Below are positions 20,049-29,987 of a DNA stretch of 64,000 nt, one piece after another. The position numbers were made by a program, and so were the translations under genes. Below the pieces are notes generated by a model, which saw only the letters and a list, made by a program, of their open reading frames with translations, searched no databases and had not been told where the DNA came from. The DNA comes from Candidatus Poribacteria bacterium (GTDB lineage: Bacteria > Poribacteria > WGA-4E > GCA-2687025), in contig OY762492.1 of assembly GCA_963665845.2 (NCBI GenBank), forward strand, positions 2,016,001-2,080,000. Reading direction: 5' to 3'. Numbering within the stretch: the first letter of the stretch is position 1; each line of letters opens with the position of its first letter.

Positions 20049-20897
20049 ATGAAAATGAAAACGCTGGCAGGTTTGTCGATCAGTTTGCTGTTGTCGTTCG
20101 CCTGGGGCTGTTCAGGGGGAAAGGGGCAGATCGTCTTGAACGAGAGGTCGGGCGGAGCGGCGATGTCCGAGGAGGCCGCGCTGACGCTGCCGGCAGAGCT
20201 GCGTTCGTCCGCATCCTTGCTCACGGCGCTGTATGTGGACGGCAACCGCGTCGATTACGAGGGTCTTGCCGCGTCGGAAGAGTTTGCCGAATACCGCCGG
20301 CTCGCGCAGTCGCTGAACGATTTCGACCTCTCGCTGCTCACGACGCGCGGAGAGAAACTGGCGTTCTGGATCAACCTATACAACGCGGCGATCCTGCATG
20401 CAACGCTGGAGTCGGGCGTTGAGGAGAGCGTGCGGGAGCAGGCGGATTTTTTTGACCGCTACGCATACCGCGTCGGCGGGTTGACCTTCACGCCGAACCA
20501 GATTGAGCATGGCGTTCTGCGGGGAGTTCTGGAAGCGTCGGACCCGCGGGCGGCGCATGCGGTCTTGCCGATAGAGCCGCGCCTGCATTTTGCGTTGAAC
20601 TGCGCCTCCAAGAGCTGCCCGCCCATCCATGTTTATACGGCGGAGCAGATCGAGTCGCAGCTGGATTTGGCGACCCGCTTCTTTTTAAATCAGGAGACCG
20701 AGGCGCGGGTGGACATAGCGAACAATGCGGTCTATTTGACGCGGCTCTTCGACTGGTATGCCGCAGATTTTGAGGAAGGCGTCATCCCGTTCCTGTTGAG
20801 GCATCTGGACGACAGCCCCCAGCGCGACTATCTTGAGAAGCGCGGCGGCGTCATCGACATACGGTACAACGATTACGATTGGAGTTTGAACCGCTAA
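20049..20897 (+). CDS. DUF547-domain lipoprotein
   Basis: Lipobox AWGC; LAFWINLYNA, IEHGVLR and PRLHFALNCASKSCP. Confidence 0.88.
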   Translation: MKMKTLAGLSISLLLSFAWGCSGGKGQIVLNERSGGAAMSEEAALTLPAELRSSASLLTALYVDGNRVDYEGLAASEEFAEYRRLAQSLNDFDLSLLTTRGEKLAFWINLYNAAILHATLESGVEESVREQADFFDRYAYRVGGLTFTPNQIEHGVLRGVLEASDPRAAHAVLPIEPRLHFALNCASKSCPPIHVYTAEQIESQLDLATRFFLNQETEARVDIANNAVYLTRLFDWYAADFEEGVIPFLLRHLDDSPQRDYLEKRGGVIDIRYNDYDWSLNR

Positions 20898-20921
20898 ACC
20901 TGACGTTGACGCTTGAGTTAT

Positions 20922-21094
20922 CTGACCTTACGTCTTTAGCTGAGACATGCCGGCGGGCGAACGCGGACGGTTTCTGCGGCGCCTCTAGATTCCCGCTTAC
21001 GCGGGAATGCATGTCCTCGCGGAAGCGGGGGACGGTCTGGTTGGCGGCGCCTTTCTCCCATGAATAGATCATTCGTCGGTTCAGATGAGGTTGG
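20922..21094. mobile_element. MITE family A copy with 22-nt insert and damaged right end
   Basis: CTGACCTTACGTCTTTAGCTGAGACAT end; body matches other copies. Confidence 0.75.
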
Positions 21095-21095
21095 G

Positions 21096-21998
21096 CTAAC
21101 CGCCCAAGCCCTTCAACCTGCGCCATGTGTGGATCTCTTCGAACCCGCCCAGCTCCAAGTCAGTGATGAACAGCTCCCCGTCCCATGTAAAATTCAGGTT
21201 GGAATCGACATCGTGTCCGTCGTTGTCGATGATCATGACCCCTTCGTCCACTTTGATGTCGGTGATGGTTCCAGACAGCGTGATGTCGATGTCCTGTATC
21301 GTCAACTTCTGGACGATTCGCCCCTTCGCCGAAATGGTCATGCTGCCTTCAATCGTCGGCGGTCTAAGCGTTATTTCGTCTCCGTCGGGAAACGTAACCT
21401 CCGCCTTGACGAATTCGTACTCGCCGACCAGTTCCGCCAACAGCTGCCCTGCGGGAGAGTCAGGATCGATGCTGGTTTCGCCGACGGAGGGTCCGCCGCC
21501 TCCCCCTCCTCCTCCGCCATTTCCGCTCGGTCTAGCGAACAGCTGATTCAGCTCCGTCAAGGAAGTGGAGCTTTTTTCAATGAGCGGGTCCGCCGTTTCC
21601 CGTAGATCAAGATCCGCCTGCGCCAGCTGATCGCCGCCGTTTTGAACCCACACTTCTGGGTACTGCTCTGCGATGTCGTTCAGCTTGTCCCAGGCGGCGT
21701 TGTAATCGATATAAGCCCGTTTGAGATTGGAGACGGCTCTTTGAAGCCCCTGCGCCGCCCCTTTAACGTCGCCGCGCGCTCCCAAATTCAGCGCCAGCAG
21801 CGCCTTGTTATGCTCCGACTGAACCAGCTCAATCGCCGCTTCAAGCGCGGCGCGCATTTTGACCGCCTCATCCCGCGCGTTTTCAAACGCTGTTTGCGCG
21901 TCCTCCGTCTCCTCCCCGCAGCCGACGATTCCCATCAACAGCAAGAGGGGCAAAGCCCAGGCAACAGCTTTCATGCGACTCTTCATGCGGTTCCTCAT
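21096..21998 (-). CDS. Lipoprotein: coiled-coil, poly-Gly linker, lipocalin-like beta domain
   Basis: Lipobox IVGC; G8 linker; LVGEYEF..beta-rich C-terminal domain. Confidence 0.7.
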   Translation of the reverse strand: MRNRMKSRMKAVAWALPLLLLMGIVGCGEETEDAQTAFENARDEAVKMRAALEAAIELVQSEHNKALLALNLGARGDVKGAAQGLQRAVSNLKRAYIDYNAAWDKLNDIAEQYPEVWVQNGGDQLAQADLDLRETADPLIEKSSTSLTELNQLFARPSGNGGGGGGGGGPSVGETSIDPDSPAGQLLAELVGEYEFVKAEVTFPDGDEITLRPPTIEGSMTISAKGRIVQKLTIQDIDITLSGTITDIKVDEGVMIIDNDGHDVDSNLNFTWDGELFITDLELGGFEEIHTWRRLKGLGG

Positions 21999-22031
21999 CT
22001 CATTCTCTTTCGGCTCACATCGTTCGATGCG

Positions 22032-22934
22032 TCAACCGCGCTTGGCGCCGGCTCCGTGCGCGATCGGGTTGTCGCCGACCCATCGGTGGTCGGCAGGCTC
22101 GGAGGCGAGCTGGTAGCGCGTGTCGGACGAAAGCCGTATGCGGTTGACCGGCGAGCGGTTGTCCATGGAGCAGTGCATCGTCCACATGCCGAAAACGAGC
22201 ATATCGCCTGTGCGGAAGCCGCCTTCGCCCGCCGTGAGCCACCTTCCGCCGACCTTCTCCTGAACCTCCAGCGGGTTCTTGGTGAACCATCCGCCCCACG
22301 GGTTCGGCTTGCTGCGGTCGTCCACATCGCTGGCGCCGTAGGTGTTCACCAGCTCCTCGTCCTTGTGCGAGTTTTCAAGGATGCAGAGCGCGCCGTCGCT
22401 GTAAGGAACGTCCCCGATCGGTATCCAGCTGGTGTACAGCTTTTTGGTGCCGCGCCCCATATAGACCCAGTCGTAGTGGCAGCCGGTCGCCGCGCCGACG
22501 CGGACGGCGCGCAGCCAGATGAAGTCGAACGGGCGCACCTCGTCGCCAAAGAAGTTTTCGTAGAACTCGATCACCTTTCCGCCGTGGACGAGCGCGCGGA
22601 TCTTTTCTCCGAGGCGCAGCTGCTGCGCGAAGTTTTGCGCAGAAACGCCGGCGCGGTTGGAGCGCCCTGAAAAAATCGCCTCCATGAGCGGATAATCGCG
22701 GTCGATCTCTTCGACCGAATCCAGCTTTTCAAGCAGTTCCCGCCGCGCGTCCAGGACAACCTGCTTGTCCAGTATGCCGCGCATGAAAAGGTAGCCGTCC
22801 TGCTTCATGCGCTCCTGAAGGGCGTCTCGGTCATGCGCGATCTCCTGCGATTCGCGCAGCCAGCCGAACTTGTCGGGGCTTCGGTCGAAGGCGACGCCGT
22901 GAGAGGTGAAGGTCTGCTCTTGGTCTGCGCTCAT
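22032..22934 (-). CDS. Phytanoyl-CoA dioxygenase (PhyH) family protein
   Basis: DGYL, HYD, WIPIGD, ILENSH, GDMLVF..MHCS and RLSSD. Confidence 0.9.
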   Translation of the reverse strand: MSADQEQTFTSHGVAFDRSPDKFGWLRESQEIAHDRDALQERMKQDGYLFMRGILDKQVVLDARRELLEKLDSVEEIDRDYPLMEAIFSGRSNRAGVSAQNFAQQLRLGEKIRALVHGGKVIEFYENFFGDEVRPFDFIWLRAVRVGAATGCHYDWVYMGRGTKKLYTSWIPIGDVPYSDGALCILENSHKDEELVNTYGASDVDDRSKPNPWGGWFTKNPLEVQEKVGGRWLTAGEGGFRTGDMLVFGMWTMHCSMDNRSPVNRIRLSSDTRYQLASEPADHRWVGDNPIAHGAGAKRG

Positions 22935-22987
22935 TGCTTTCTCCGTTGCTTGTTCGTTCGCGCCAGTTTTTGAAACGGGCGATGGGC

Positions 22988-23524
22988 TTAAAGCCGCATC
23001 GCCCGTATATTTCGGAATTTCACAGGTCCATGGTCGCCCTGCAGAAAATGCGGACCGGTCAGTCCGTTGTCGTTCCAGAGCCAGTTGGAGCCTGTCGGTC
23101 CGGTGAGCGGAACGCGGTCATGGATGAGAACGCCGTTCAGCCGAACGGTCAGCTCATGCCTGAACATGAGAATGTCGAGTGTCTGCCAGTTCCACGCGGG
23201 TTTGGTGACCTCAACGTCCGGCGCCTTGACGCGGTAGAGCGCGCCGTTCATGGCGGGATGGTCGTACGTTTTGCCGTAGCTGTCCAGCATCTGTATCTCG
23301 TACCGCCCCCGCAGGTAGATTCCGCTGTTGCTGTTGGCAGGCATCAGATACTCGAGTTTCAGGGCGCAGTCGCCGAAGGTTTCTTCGGTGATCAGATCAA
23401 CGCCGCTTCCGGTGTTTTCGAGTATGCCGTTTCGCACAACCCATCGGCTGGGGCGGCTGCGCTTGCGTCGGCGCAGTTTCCATCCTGTCAGATCGATTCC
23501 GTTGAAGAGCGGTTTCCATGACAT
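22988..23524 (-). CDS. DUF1080 (3-keto-disaccharide hydrolase family) protein
   Basis: LFNGIDLTGW, NSGIYLRGRYEIQ and LQGDHGPVKFRNI. Confidence 0.88.
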   Translation of the reverse strand: MSWKPLFNGIDLTGWKLRRRKRSRPSRWVVRNGILENTGSGVDLITEETFGDCALKLEYLMPANSNSGIYLRGRYEIQMLDSYGKTYDHPAMNGALYRVKAPDVEVTKPAWNWQTLDILMFRHELTVRLNGVLIHDRVPLTGPTGSNWLWNDNGLTGPHFLQGDHGPVKFRNIRAMRL

Positions 23525-23547
23525 GAGCGTCGTTCCTGTTCTTTTCT

Positions 23548-24909
23548 TTAAAAGGTGCTGCGCTTGTTCGTGATCGGACACCAGCGCGACGCCATCAGAA
23601 AGTCGAGCGCGGCGGCGTTCGCTTTCGGCGTTCCGATCCCCGCGAGCGCATGCATGCTGTTCGCCCGCACATACCGGTTGCCGTCGTTCAACGCTTCCTG
23701 CAGCGCGTCTTCCGCCGGCCGCGCGTTCGGGCCGAGGCGCATGAGCGCATGGCTCGCGACTCGGCGCGCATTGGCGTCCGGGTCGGTCAGAAGGGTCGCA
23801 ATCGGCTTCGCGGCGTCCAGCGTCTTCTGTCCGGCGATGCCGAGCGCTTCGACGGCGGCGCGGCGGACGCCTGCGTCCTCGTCTGCCGTCAGCTCCGACA
23901 GCATCGGGACAGCTTCCGCGGCCGGCAAGCCAATGTCGCCAAGCGATTCAAGGGCGAAACGGCGCGTCTGCGGATTTGGGTCTGTCAGCTCGCGGATGAG
24001 CGGCTGAACAGCCGGCTTGCCGACGGCGACGATGCCGTAGCTCGCGTTTCGCGCCACATATTCCGAGCCGTTTTTCATGGCGTCAAGGAGCGGCTGAATC
24101 GCGGCTTCGCCCGCTTCGCCCAAACCGTAGGCGGCGTCGAAGGCGGTCGTTTCATCTTCGTCCGACAGCTGTTCAATCCAGTCGGCGATCTGCTCGTCCG
24201 AGGCGGATTTCAGCGTCGGGCTGTTGCCGCAGTGCCAGTTCCAGACGCTTCGGTACATGCGGTTCCGCCCCTGGATCGGCAGGCCGTTCTCTTCTGGGAA
24301 GTCGCGCGAGTCGCAGTCCCAGTCGGGGCTTGTCGGCTCGTTCAGGCGCGTGAAGAGAAACTTCTGCATATACCGCACCATTTCGCCTTTGTTCGGCATG
24401 CCGCGGTGCCACAGGTCGTAATGTACAATGACGACCGTACCCGCCTCGCCGGTGAGCGCATGTTCGTCGCGCGGGGGGCGGTTGTTGTCGGCATGGGAGC
24501 CTGGGACGATGCCGGTCGGTCCCAGTTCAACGGGGGTGTCCTGCGGATAGTAGAACGCCATGCCCCATCGAACGCGGTGGCGGCGCAGGTTCCAGCTGTC
24601 CTTGTGAAGCCCCTGTCCGGGGCTGCCCGGCGGGTTCACATGGCAGTGTCGGTGCGGGTGCATGTAGTATCCGCCGCCGAGGACGCTCTGAAGCGCGCCG
24701 TCGATGGTCGGATGGTCGAAGATCTGTTTCAGTTCGGGGACGCTTGGGAGGACGTTGTTGCCGGGGTTGCCCCCGTCTTCAAAGACCTGCCGCGTCTTGT
24801 CGTAGATTCTCTGGTGGAACTCTTTCGGGAAGTCCGCCTTGAGAGAGATGAATCCGTTCGCGATGAACTCGCGCATCTGCGCGTCGTTGAGCAGTTTGGG
24901 CTGGGACAT
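23548..24909 (-). CDS. PhyH dioxygenase fused to HEAT/PBS-lyase repeats
   Basis: HKD, GPTGIVPGSH and LWHRG; C-terminal VRRAAVEALG-type repeats. Confidence 0.88.
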   Translation of the reverse strand: MSQPKLLNDAQMREFIANGFISLKADFPKEFHQRIYDKTRQVFEDGGNPGNNVLPSVPELKQIFDHPTIDGALQSVLGGGYYMHPHRHCHVNPPGSPGQGLHKDSWNLRRHRVRWGMAFYYPQDTPVELGPTGIVPGSHADNNRPPRDEHALTGEAGTVVIVHYDLWHRGMPNKGEMVRYMQKFLFTRLNEPTSPDWDCDSRDFPEENGLPIQGRNRMYRSVWNWHCGNSPTLKSASDEQIADWIEQLSDEDETTAFDAAYGLGEAGEAAIQPLLDAMKNGSEYVARNASYGIVAVGKPAVQPLIRELTDPNPQTRRFALESLGDIGLPAAEAVPMLSELTADEDAGVRRAAVEALGIAGQKTLDAAKPIATLLTDPDANARRVASHALMRLGPNARPAEDALQEALNDGNRYVRANSMHALAGIGTPKANAAALDFLMASRWCPITNKRSTF

Positions 24910-24947
24910 GCGATCGTCCTTTCCGTCTTCCGTGTGCTGTTCAATGC

Positions 24948-24976
24948 ATTATATACGTTTTTGAACGCAAGCGCAT
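24948..24976 (-). promoter_or_regulatory. Putative promoter of PhyH-HEAT operon
   Basis: Perfect TATAAT with weak -35 (ATGCGC) at 17 bp. Confidence 0.45.
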
Positions 24977-24985
24977 CTTTAATCT

Positions 24986-25204
24986 GGCAGTCTCTATAGG
25001 CGATGATGTACGAAAATCCTGTTTGAGGGCGCAGCGAAACCCCCCCAGCCCCCCTTTTCAAGGGGGAATCTAGAAACCCGCGCCTTACCGTCGTCATCGG
25101 GCGGCTGTCATTCCCCCGTAAGCGGGAATCCAGAGTTTTTTCCAGACAGGCTCCGCATTCCAAAACGGACTTCTAAAGTCAAATCATCGCCTGTAGGTAC
25201 TGCC
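24986..25204. mobile_element. MITE family B copy 2 with 8-bp target-site duplication
   Basis: 22-bp imperfect TIRs GGCAGTCTCTATAGGCGATGAT / ATCATCGCCTGTAGGTACTGCC; TTTAATCT at 24978-24985 and 25205-25212. Confidence 0.9.
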
Positions 25205-25213
25205 TTTAATCTG

Positions 25214-25302
25214 CTGACCTTGCGTCTTAAGTTGGGACATGTCGGAGGGCGGACGCGGACGGCGTCTGCGACGCCTAAGATTCCCGCTTGCGCGGGAATG
25301 AC
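25214..25302. mobile_element. MITE family A half copy
   Basis: TIR CTGACCTTGCGTCTTAAGTTGGGACAT running to the palindrome. Confidence 0.75.
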
Positions 25303-25398
25303 GGCCTGGTTCGCGGCGCGCGGGAAATAAAAATTGGCAGTTGCGGGGCGTCTTGAGTTATACTTGAGAATCGCGGTACAAATGTAAGGAGAGCCGAG

Positions 25399-25605
25399 AT
25401 GGGCAAGATGAAAACGCACAAAGGAACGGCAAAGCGGGTTCGTTCCACAGGCAAGGGCAAATTCAAGCGTTCCCGCGCCTGCAACAACCATTATTTTGAG
25501 CGGAAGACCTCCGCGCAGAAACGCCGGCTGGACCAGCCCGCGTATGTCCACAAAGCGGACCGGAAGCGCATTTCCAAACTTCTGCCTTACGGAACCCCGA
25601 CTTAA
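25399..25605 (+). CDS. rpmI: 50S ribosomal protein L35
   Basis: MGKMKTHKGTAKR..LLPY. Confidence 0.97.
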   Translation: MGKMKTHKGTAKRVRSTGKGKFKRSRACNNHYFERKTSAQKRRLDQPAYVHKADRKRISKLLPYGTPT

Positions 25606-25627
25606 ACCTGTTTTTTGGAGAAGCTGA

Positions 25628-26032
25628 ATGGCGCGCATCAAACGCGGCGTCGCCGCCCGTAAACGCAAAAAAAGTTTCCTGAAACATGCCAAAGGCTACC
25701 GAGGCCGCCGAAAAAATGCGTTCCGACTCGCAAAAGAAGCGGTGGAAAAGGGATGGAATCACGCCTACCGAGACCGCCGCGCCCGAAAACGCGAGTTCCG
25801 AAGGCTATGGATCGTCCGCATCAACGCCGGCGCGCGCCAGAACGGAATGCCGTACAATCGGCTCATGCATGGGCTGAAACAGGCGGGCGTTCAACTGGAT
25901 CGAAAAGCGCTCGCCGACATCGCCGTGAACGACCCTGACGGATTCGCGGCGCTGGTCGAAACGGCGCGCCAAGCGCAAACGCCGGCGCAAGCCTCCCCTC
26001 AAGCGGCGCAGGAGGAAAACGCGGTTGAATAA
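25628..26032 (+). CDS. rplT: 50S ribosomal protein L20
   Basis: [25 protein letters not shown] and [10 protein letters not shown]. Confidence 0.98.
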   Translation: MARIKRGVAARKRKKSFLKHAKGYRGRRKNAFRLAKEAVEKGWNHAYRDRRARKREFRRLWIVRINAGARQNGMPYNRLMHGLKQAGVQLDRKALADIAVNDPDGFAALVETARQAQTPAQASPQAAQEENAVE

Positions 26033-27068
26033 GATCGGTATGCAGGAGCGGGTCGAAGCGCTGAAGGCGGAAGCGTCAACAGCCCTGAAAGAGGCGGAGA
26101 CGACCCAGCAGCTGGAAGATGTCCGCGTCCGTTTTTTAGGCAAAAAAAGCGAGCTGGCGGAGCTTCGCAAAGGCATCGGCGCGCTGGACAAGGCGGAGAG
26201 GCCCGCCGTCGGAAAACTGCTGACCGAACTGCAGCGGCATCTCGCGGGCGGCATGGAAACGCGCCTTGAAGAGATCGGCGCGCAGGAACGCGCGCGGCAG
26301 CTTCAGAATGAAACGATCGACATCACCCTGCCGGGGCGCGCGCCCAGCTTCGGCTCTGAACATCCGATCTCGCAGACGATGCGCCGTATGATCGACATCT
26401 TCAGCGCTCTCGGCTTTGAGACCGTGGAAGGTCCCGAAGTCGAGACGGAGTATTACAACTTTGACGCGCTCAACACCCCCGCGCACCACCCCGCGCGCGA
26501 CATGCATGACACCTTCTACATCGACTGCGGCGGGAAGCCGTATCTGCTGCGGACGCATACCTCCCCTGTGCAGGCGCGCTATATGGAACGGCATAGCCCG
26601 CCGCTGCGGATCGTCGTCCCAGGGCGCGCTTACCGCAGAGACGCCGACCCGACGCACAGCCCGATGTTCCATCAGCTGGAGGGGCTGGCGGTCGGCGAGA
26701 GCGTACGGTTCAGCGACCTGAAAGGCGTTCTGGCTATCTTCGCCCAGGAGATGTTCGGCGCCGAAACGCGCGTACGGTTCCGCCCCTCCTATTTTCCGTT
26801 CACCGAGCCGAGCGCCGAGGTGGATTTCTCATGCTCCTTCTGCGACAAGGACGAAAGCTGCCGCGTCTGCAAAGGAACGGGATGGCTCGAAATTCTGGGC
26901 GCCGGCATGGTTGACCCGGAAGTGTTCAAGGCGGTCGGATACGACTCTGAACGTTATACCGGCTTCGCCTTCGGAATGGGCATCGACCGCCTCGCCATGC
27001 TTAAATACGGCATCCCCGATCTCCGCATTCTTTCTCAAAACGACATGCGCTTTTTAACGCAGTTTTAG
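26025..27068 (+). CDS. pheS: Phenylalanine--tRNA ligase alpha subunit
   Basis: [31 protein letters not shown] and GFAFGMG; TTG 26025 or ATG 26040 start. Confidence 0.98.
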   Translation: MNKIGMQERVEALKAEASTALKEAETTQQLEDVRVRFLGKKSELAELRKGIGALDKAERPAVGKLLTELQRHLAGGMETRLEEIGAQERARQLQNETIDITLPGRAPSFGSEHPISQTMRRMIDIFSALGFETVEGPEVETEYYNFDALNTPAHHPARDMHDTFYIDCGGKPYLLRTHTSPVQARYMERHSPPLRIVVPGRAYRRDADPTHSPMFHQLEGLAVGESVRFSDLKGVLAIFAQEMFGAETRVRFRPSYFPFTEPSAEVDFSCSFCDKDESCRVCKGTGWLEILGAGMVDPEVFKAVGYDSERYTGFAFGMGIDRLAMLKYGIPDLRILSQNDMRFLTQF

Positions 27069-27153
27069 CGGGAATCTTATCTGTCATTCCCGCGTAAGCG
27101 GGAATCTTAGCCGCCTCAAACCCCATTGCCGCCAACAATTCGGTTTGAGCGCG

Positions 27154-28560
27154 CTACCTTTTTAGCCGTTCGTTGATGAGTCCCGCGCCCAGCCCTAAGA
27201 GCAGTCCAAGCGCGAAGCCAGCCGCGATGACGATGAACGGGCGGGGCTGCACAGGTCGAAATTCGGGGCGGGCAAGGTCGACGACGGCGACGCCCCCGAC
27301 CCGGTAGCCCGCGCCGCCGCCCTGTTCAACGGCGATGCGCAGCGCCAGATCCAGCTGATTTTCCTGTATGATCAGCGCCTCGTATGTTTTCATGAGCAGT
27401 TGAGAGCGGCTTTCTAGCTCGGATAGGCGCGCCTGTTTTTCAGGCGTTTCTCGGCGCAGGCGGGCGACCCTCTCGGACGCGCGCGTCCTCTCCGCTTCTA
27501 TTCGCCGCTTCTCCGCTTCAACGGCGTTCAGCTCCGCCTTGTTGTCCACGATGCGTTTCTGAAGTTCGTTCAGAAGCGGATTGCGTCCGTATGCGGCGTT
27601 CAGCGTTCGCGCCGGCTCCTTCTCAAGCAGGCTCTCTAAACTGCGTTTGGCGCCCTCGGCTCCCTGTAAAGCGGGGGACGATTCGGTCAACCCCTCCGCG
27701 CGCATGCGCGCCGTTTCCGCCTCCAGCTCGGTGATGCGCGCAATCAGCGCCGTTCGGGTCGGTCCGGGCGACTCGGATTTTGCTGTTAGGATCGTTTCAT
27801 CCTGCTCGGACAAGGCGGCTTCGGCGGCGTTGATGACCGCGCGCGCTGCCGCCGCCCGGGCGGACAGCTGCCGCAGCTCCTTTAGCAAAGACTCTTCGCG
27901 CGCCAGCCAATGCGCAAACTCTGCCGCCCAGACGGAGGGGGCGCCCTCTCTTTGGGCGAATTTCAGCAGTTCAGCGCGCACTATGGACAACTTCTGCTCC
28001 AGCGCTTGACGCGATTCTCTCACAAGGTCGCGCTGGGAGCCTGTTTTGAGGCGGCGGTCTGCCGTTTGTTCCGCCGCCAAGGTGGACTGAAGCGCCTCGG
28101 CAAGCTGATTGGCAAACAGAGCCGCGTTGCGCGCCCCGCCCTCCGATTCGCGCAGCTCCACCCGTATGCGCACCAGACGCGAGCCGGCGTCCAAACTGGA
28201 AGCGATGCGCCCCGTCAAATGCGCAGGCGGCGGAAGAAGGCGCGCCCCGTCCGGCTCGGACGACTCAAACGCGATGAGCGCCTGCTCAACAAGGCTGCGC
28301 GTCCGAACGCGGTTCAGAACCGTCTGCATGAGAGCCGGGTCGGAACCGCCGCCGAGAGCGATCTGCGCAATGTTCGGCAGAAGGGAGCTGGAGCTGTCGT
28401 CGGTCGGCTCAATGTCCAGGGCGACCGAGGCGGAGTAAAGGCGCGGGGAACGCAAGCCGACCGCCGCCGCCGTCCCGCCGACGATGAGCGCGGTCATGAG
28501 GATCAGAAACCCCTGACGGCGAAAAAATTGCCCGTATTCTTCTAAACTTTCAGGACGCAT
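27154..28560 (-). CDS. Wzz/GumC-like polysaccharide co-polymerase
   Basis: Two terminal TM helices flanking a long coiled coil; P..YSAS and P.QP motifs. Confidence 0.7.
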   Translation of the reverse strand: MRPESLEEYGQFFRRQGFLILMTALIVGGTAAAVGLRSPRLYSASVALDIEPTDDSSSSLLPNIAQIALGGGSDPALMQTVLNRVRTRSLVEQALIAFESSEPDGARLLPPPAHLTGRIASSLDAGSRLVRIRVELRESEGGARNAALFANQLAEALQSTLAAEQTADRRLKTGSQRDLVRESRQALEQKLSIVRAELLKFAQREGAPSVWAAEFAHWLAREESLLKELRQLSARAAAARAVINAAEAALSEQDETILTAKSESPGPTRTALIARITELEAETARMRAEGLTESSPALQGAEGAKRSLESLLEKEPARTLNAAYGRNPLLNELQKRIVDNKAELNAVEAEKRRIEAERTRASERVARLRRETPEKQARLSELESRSQLLMKTYEALIIQENQLDLALRIAVEQGGGAGYRVGGVAVVDLARPEFRPVQPRPFIVIAAGFALGLLLGLGAGLINERLKR

Positions 28561-28581
28561 CCATCCGCCGCCTTAGCCGTC

Positions 28582-29973
28582 TTAAAAGAGAAGACCGAGC
28601 TGCGCCGTCGTCTTTTGAACCGTTTCAAACCCGTCTCCATTCTCGCGTTTCCGAAAACGAAACTCGCGCGACGCCTCCAGATACAGCGACCCGCCCAGAT
28701 GGTACACAATCTCCAGCAAGAAAAGCGACCGCTCATCCAGGCTCGCAAGGTCTTCCAAAAGCGACTCCTCCGCGGAGGCGCGTATTCCGCGTTTAATATA
28801 AAACGCGCGCGCGTCGATCACATCCACCAACTCCGTTTCCATGAGGCGCAAGCCGAAACGCGGGTCTGAATTCGGCCCCTCGCCGTTGTAATCCTCATAG
28901 ACGGCGGCAAAATGTCCGGCGTCCAAAATAGAATATCCGATATGCCCGACCCATCCCTGCGTCGGGGCGGAGGGTCGCAGATCGGGAACGATGCCGTAGG
29001 TTTGCCCTGGTACCGCCTTGCCCGACGGGGGACCGGTGCGCGCCCGGTACTCGTAATCGGACCCGAAAAGCCCTGGCTCAAAGCCCCGTTCAAAGCTGCG
29101 GAACTCGCCCTTCATGAACAGCTGATCAGTCTCTATCGAGACGCCCGCCGCGTTGCCTCTCAACAGAAGCGGCTCGGCTGAACCGACAGCGCTCGGATAG
29201 GAAATGGCGCCGATCTCGTCGTACAGCTTGACGCGGTACGACTCGCGCTCCAGCAACGGAACGGCGGCGCTCAACGAAAAAGCGTTCAAAGGGTCTTCAG
29301 CATGACCGTACCCCGCGTCAAAGGTCGGTCCGAGGACAACAGGTATCGGATTCGCGTCAAAGATAAACGTCCCGCCCATCTCCAGCCGTTTGAAGACCGG
29401 CGCCTTTGCGTTGATGTAGCCGTGAAAGACAAACAGCTCTGCTTGGTCAATGTTGTTGACGAGAGCCGAGACGCCGCCTTCCTTTCGGTTGATGTTTGTC
29501 CAGACGCCGCGCCTGTCCAGGTTCGAGTAATGCTCCATCAGCAGCCCATGGGCGACGCGCGTTTGAAACAGCTCGCCGTAGCGGATATGGAACGGGTCAT
29601 GCGGGTCTGCCCATTCCAGATAGCGGACGGCGCGCGCGGCGGCGTCGAACGAATCCCATTCTTCGCCGTCTTCGGTGAGCAGGCGCGTTGAGCCGACAGA
29701 GCTTTCGTCTAGGTTGGCGCCGCCCAGTAGCAGCGCCGCTTTCAATCCCACGCTGAACTTCCCCAGCCGTATCTGCGGGCGCAGCTCAAACCGCCAGTAA
29801 GGTTCCCCTTCCAGCGTCGTCATGCCGATAAACGCCGCCAGCGACATGGGGCGCAGCGCCTCCGCGCTCGGAGGGAGGCGGCGCAGGTCGTCCACATGGA
29901 TCTGCGCGCCCGCCGAGAACGCGACACAGCAAGCCGCGAATACGGCGCTTAGAACGGCGCGCGCCCGCCTCAT
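28582..29973 (-). CDS. Secreted, putative outer-membrane beta-rich protein
   Basis: Signal peptide ending AGA; amphipathic strands; C-terminal Phe. ORF-track N-terminus is MITE-derived. Confidence 0.65.
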   Translation of the reverse strand: MRRARAVLSAVFAACCVAFSAGAQIHVDDLRRLPPSAEALRPMSLAAFIGMTTLEGEPYWRFELRPQIRLGKFSVGLKAALLLGGANLDESSVGSTRLLTEDGEEWDSFDAAARAVRYLEWADPHDPFHIRYGELFQTRVAHGLLMEHYSNLDRRGVWTNINRKEGGVSALVNNIDQAELFVFHGYINAKAPVFKRLEMGGTFIFDANPIPVVLGPTFDAGYGHAEDPLNAFSLSAAVPLLERESYRVKLYDEIGAISYPSAVGSAEPLLLRGNAAGVSIETDQLFMKGEFRSFERGFEPGLFGSDYEYRARTGPPSGKAVPGQTYGIVPDLRPSAPTQGWVGHIGYSILDAGHFAAVYEDYNGEGPNSDPRFGLRLMETELVDVIDARAFYIKRGIRASAEESLLEDLASLDERSLFLLEIVYHLGGSLYLEASREFRFRKRENGDGFETVQKTTAQLGLLF

Positions 29974-29987
29974 CGCATGAGGTTTGA

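Noticed and set aside
25303-25398. L20 leader or pheS attenuator RNA
   Set aside because: No recognisable structure or Phe-rich leader peptide by eye; an Rfam scan would be needed.
26835-26875. CxxC...CxxC insert in PheS
   Set aside because: A common feature of many bacterial PheS proteins.
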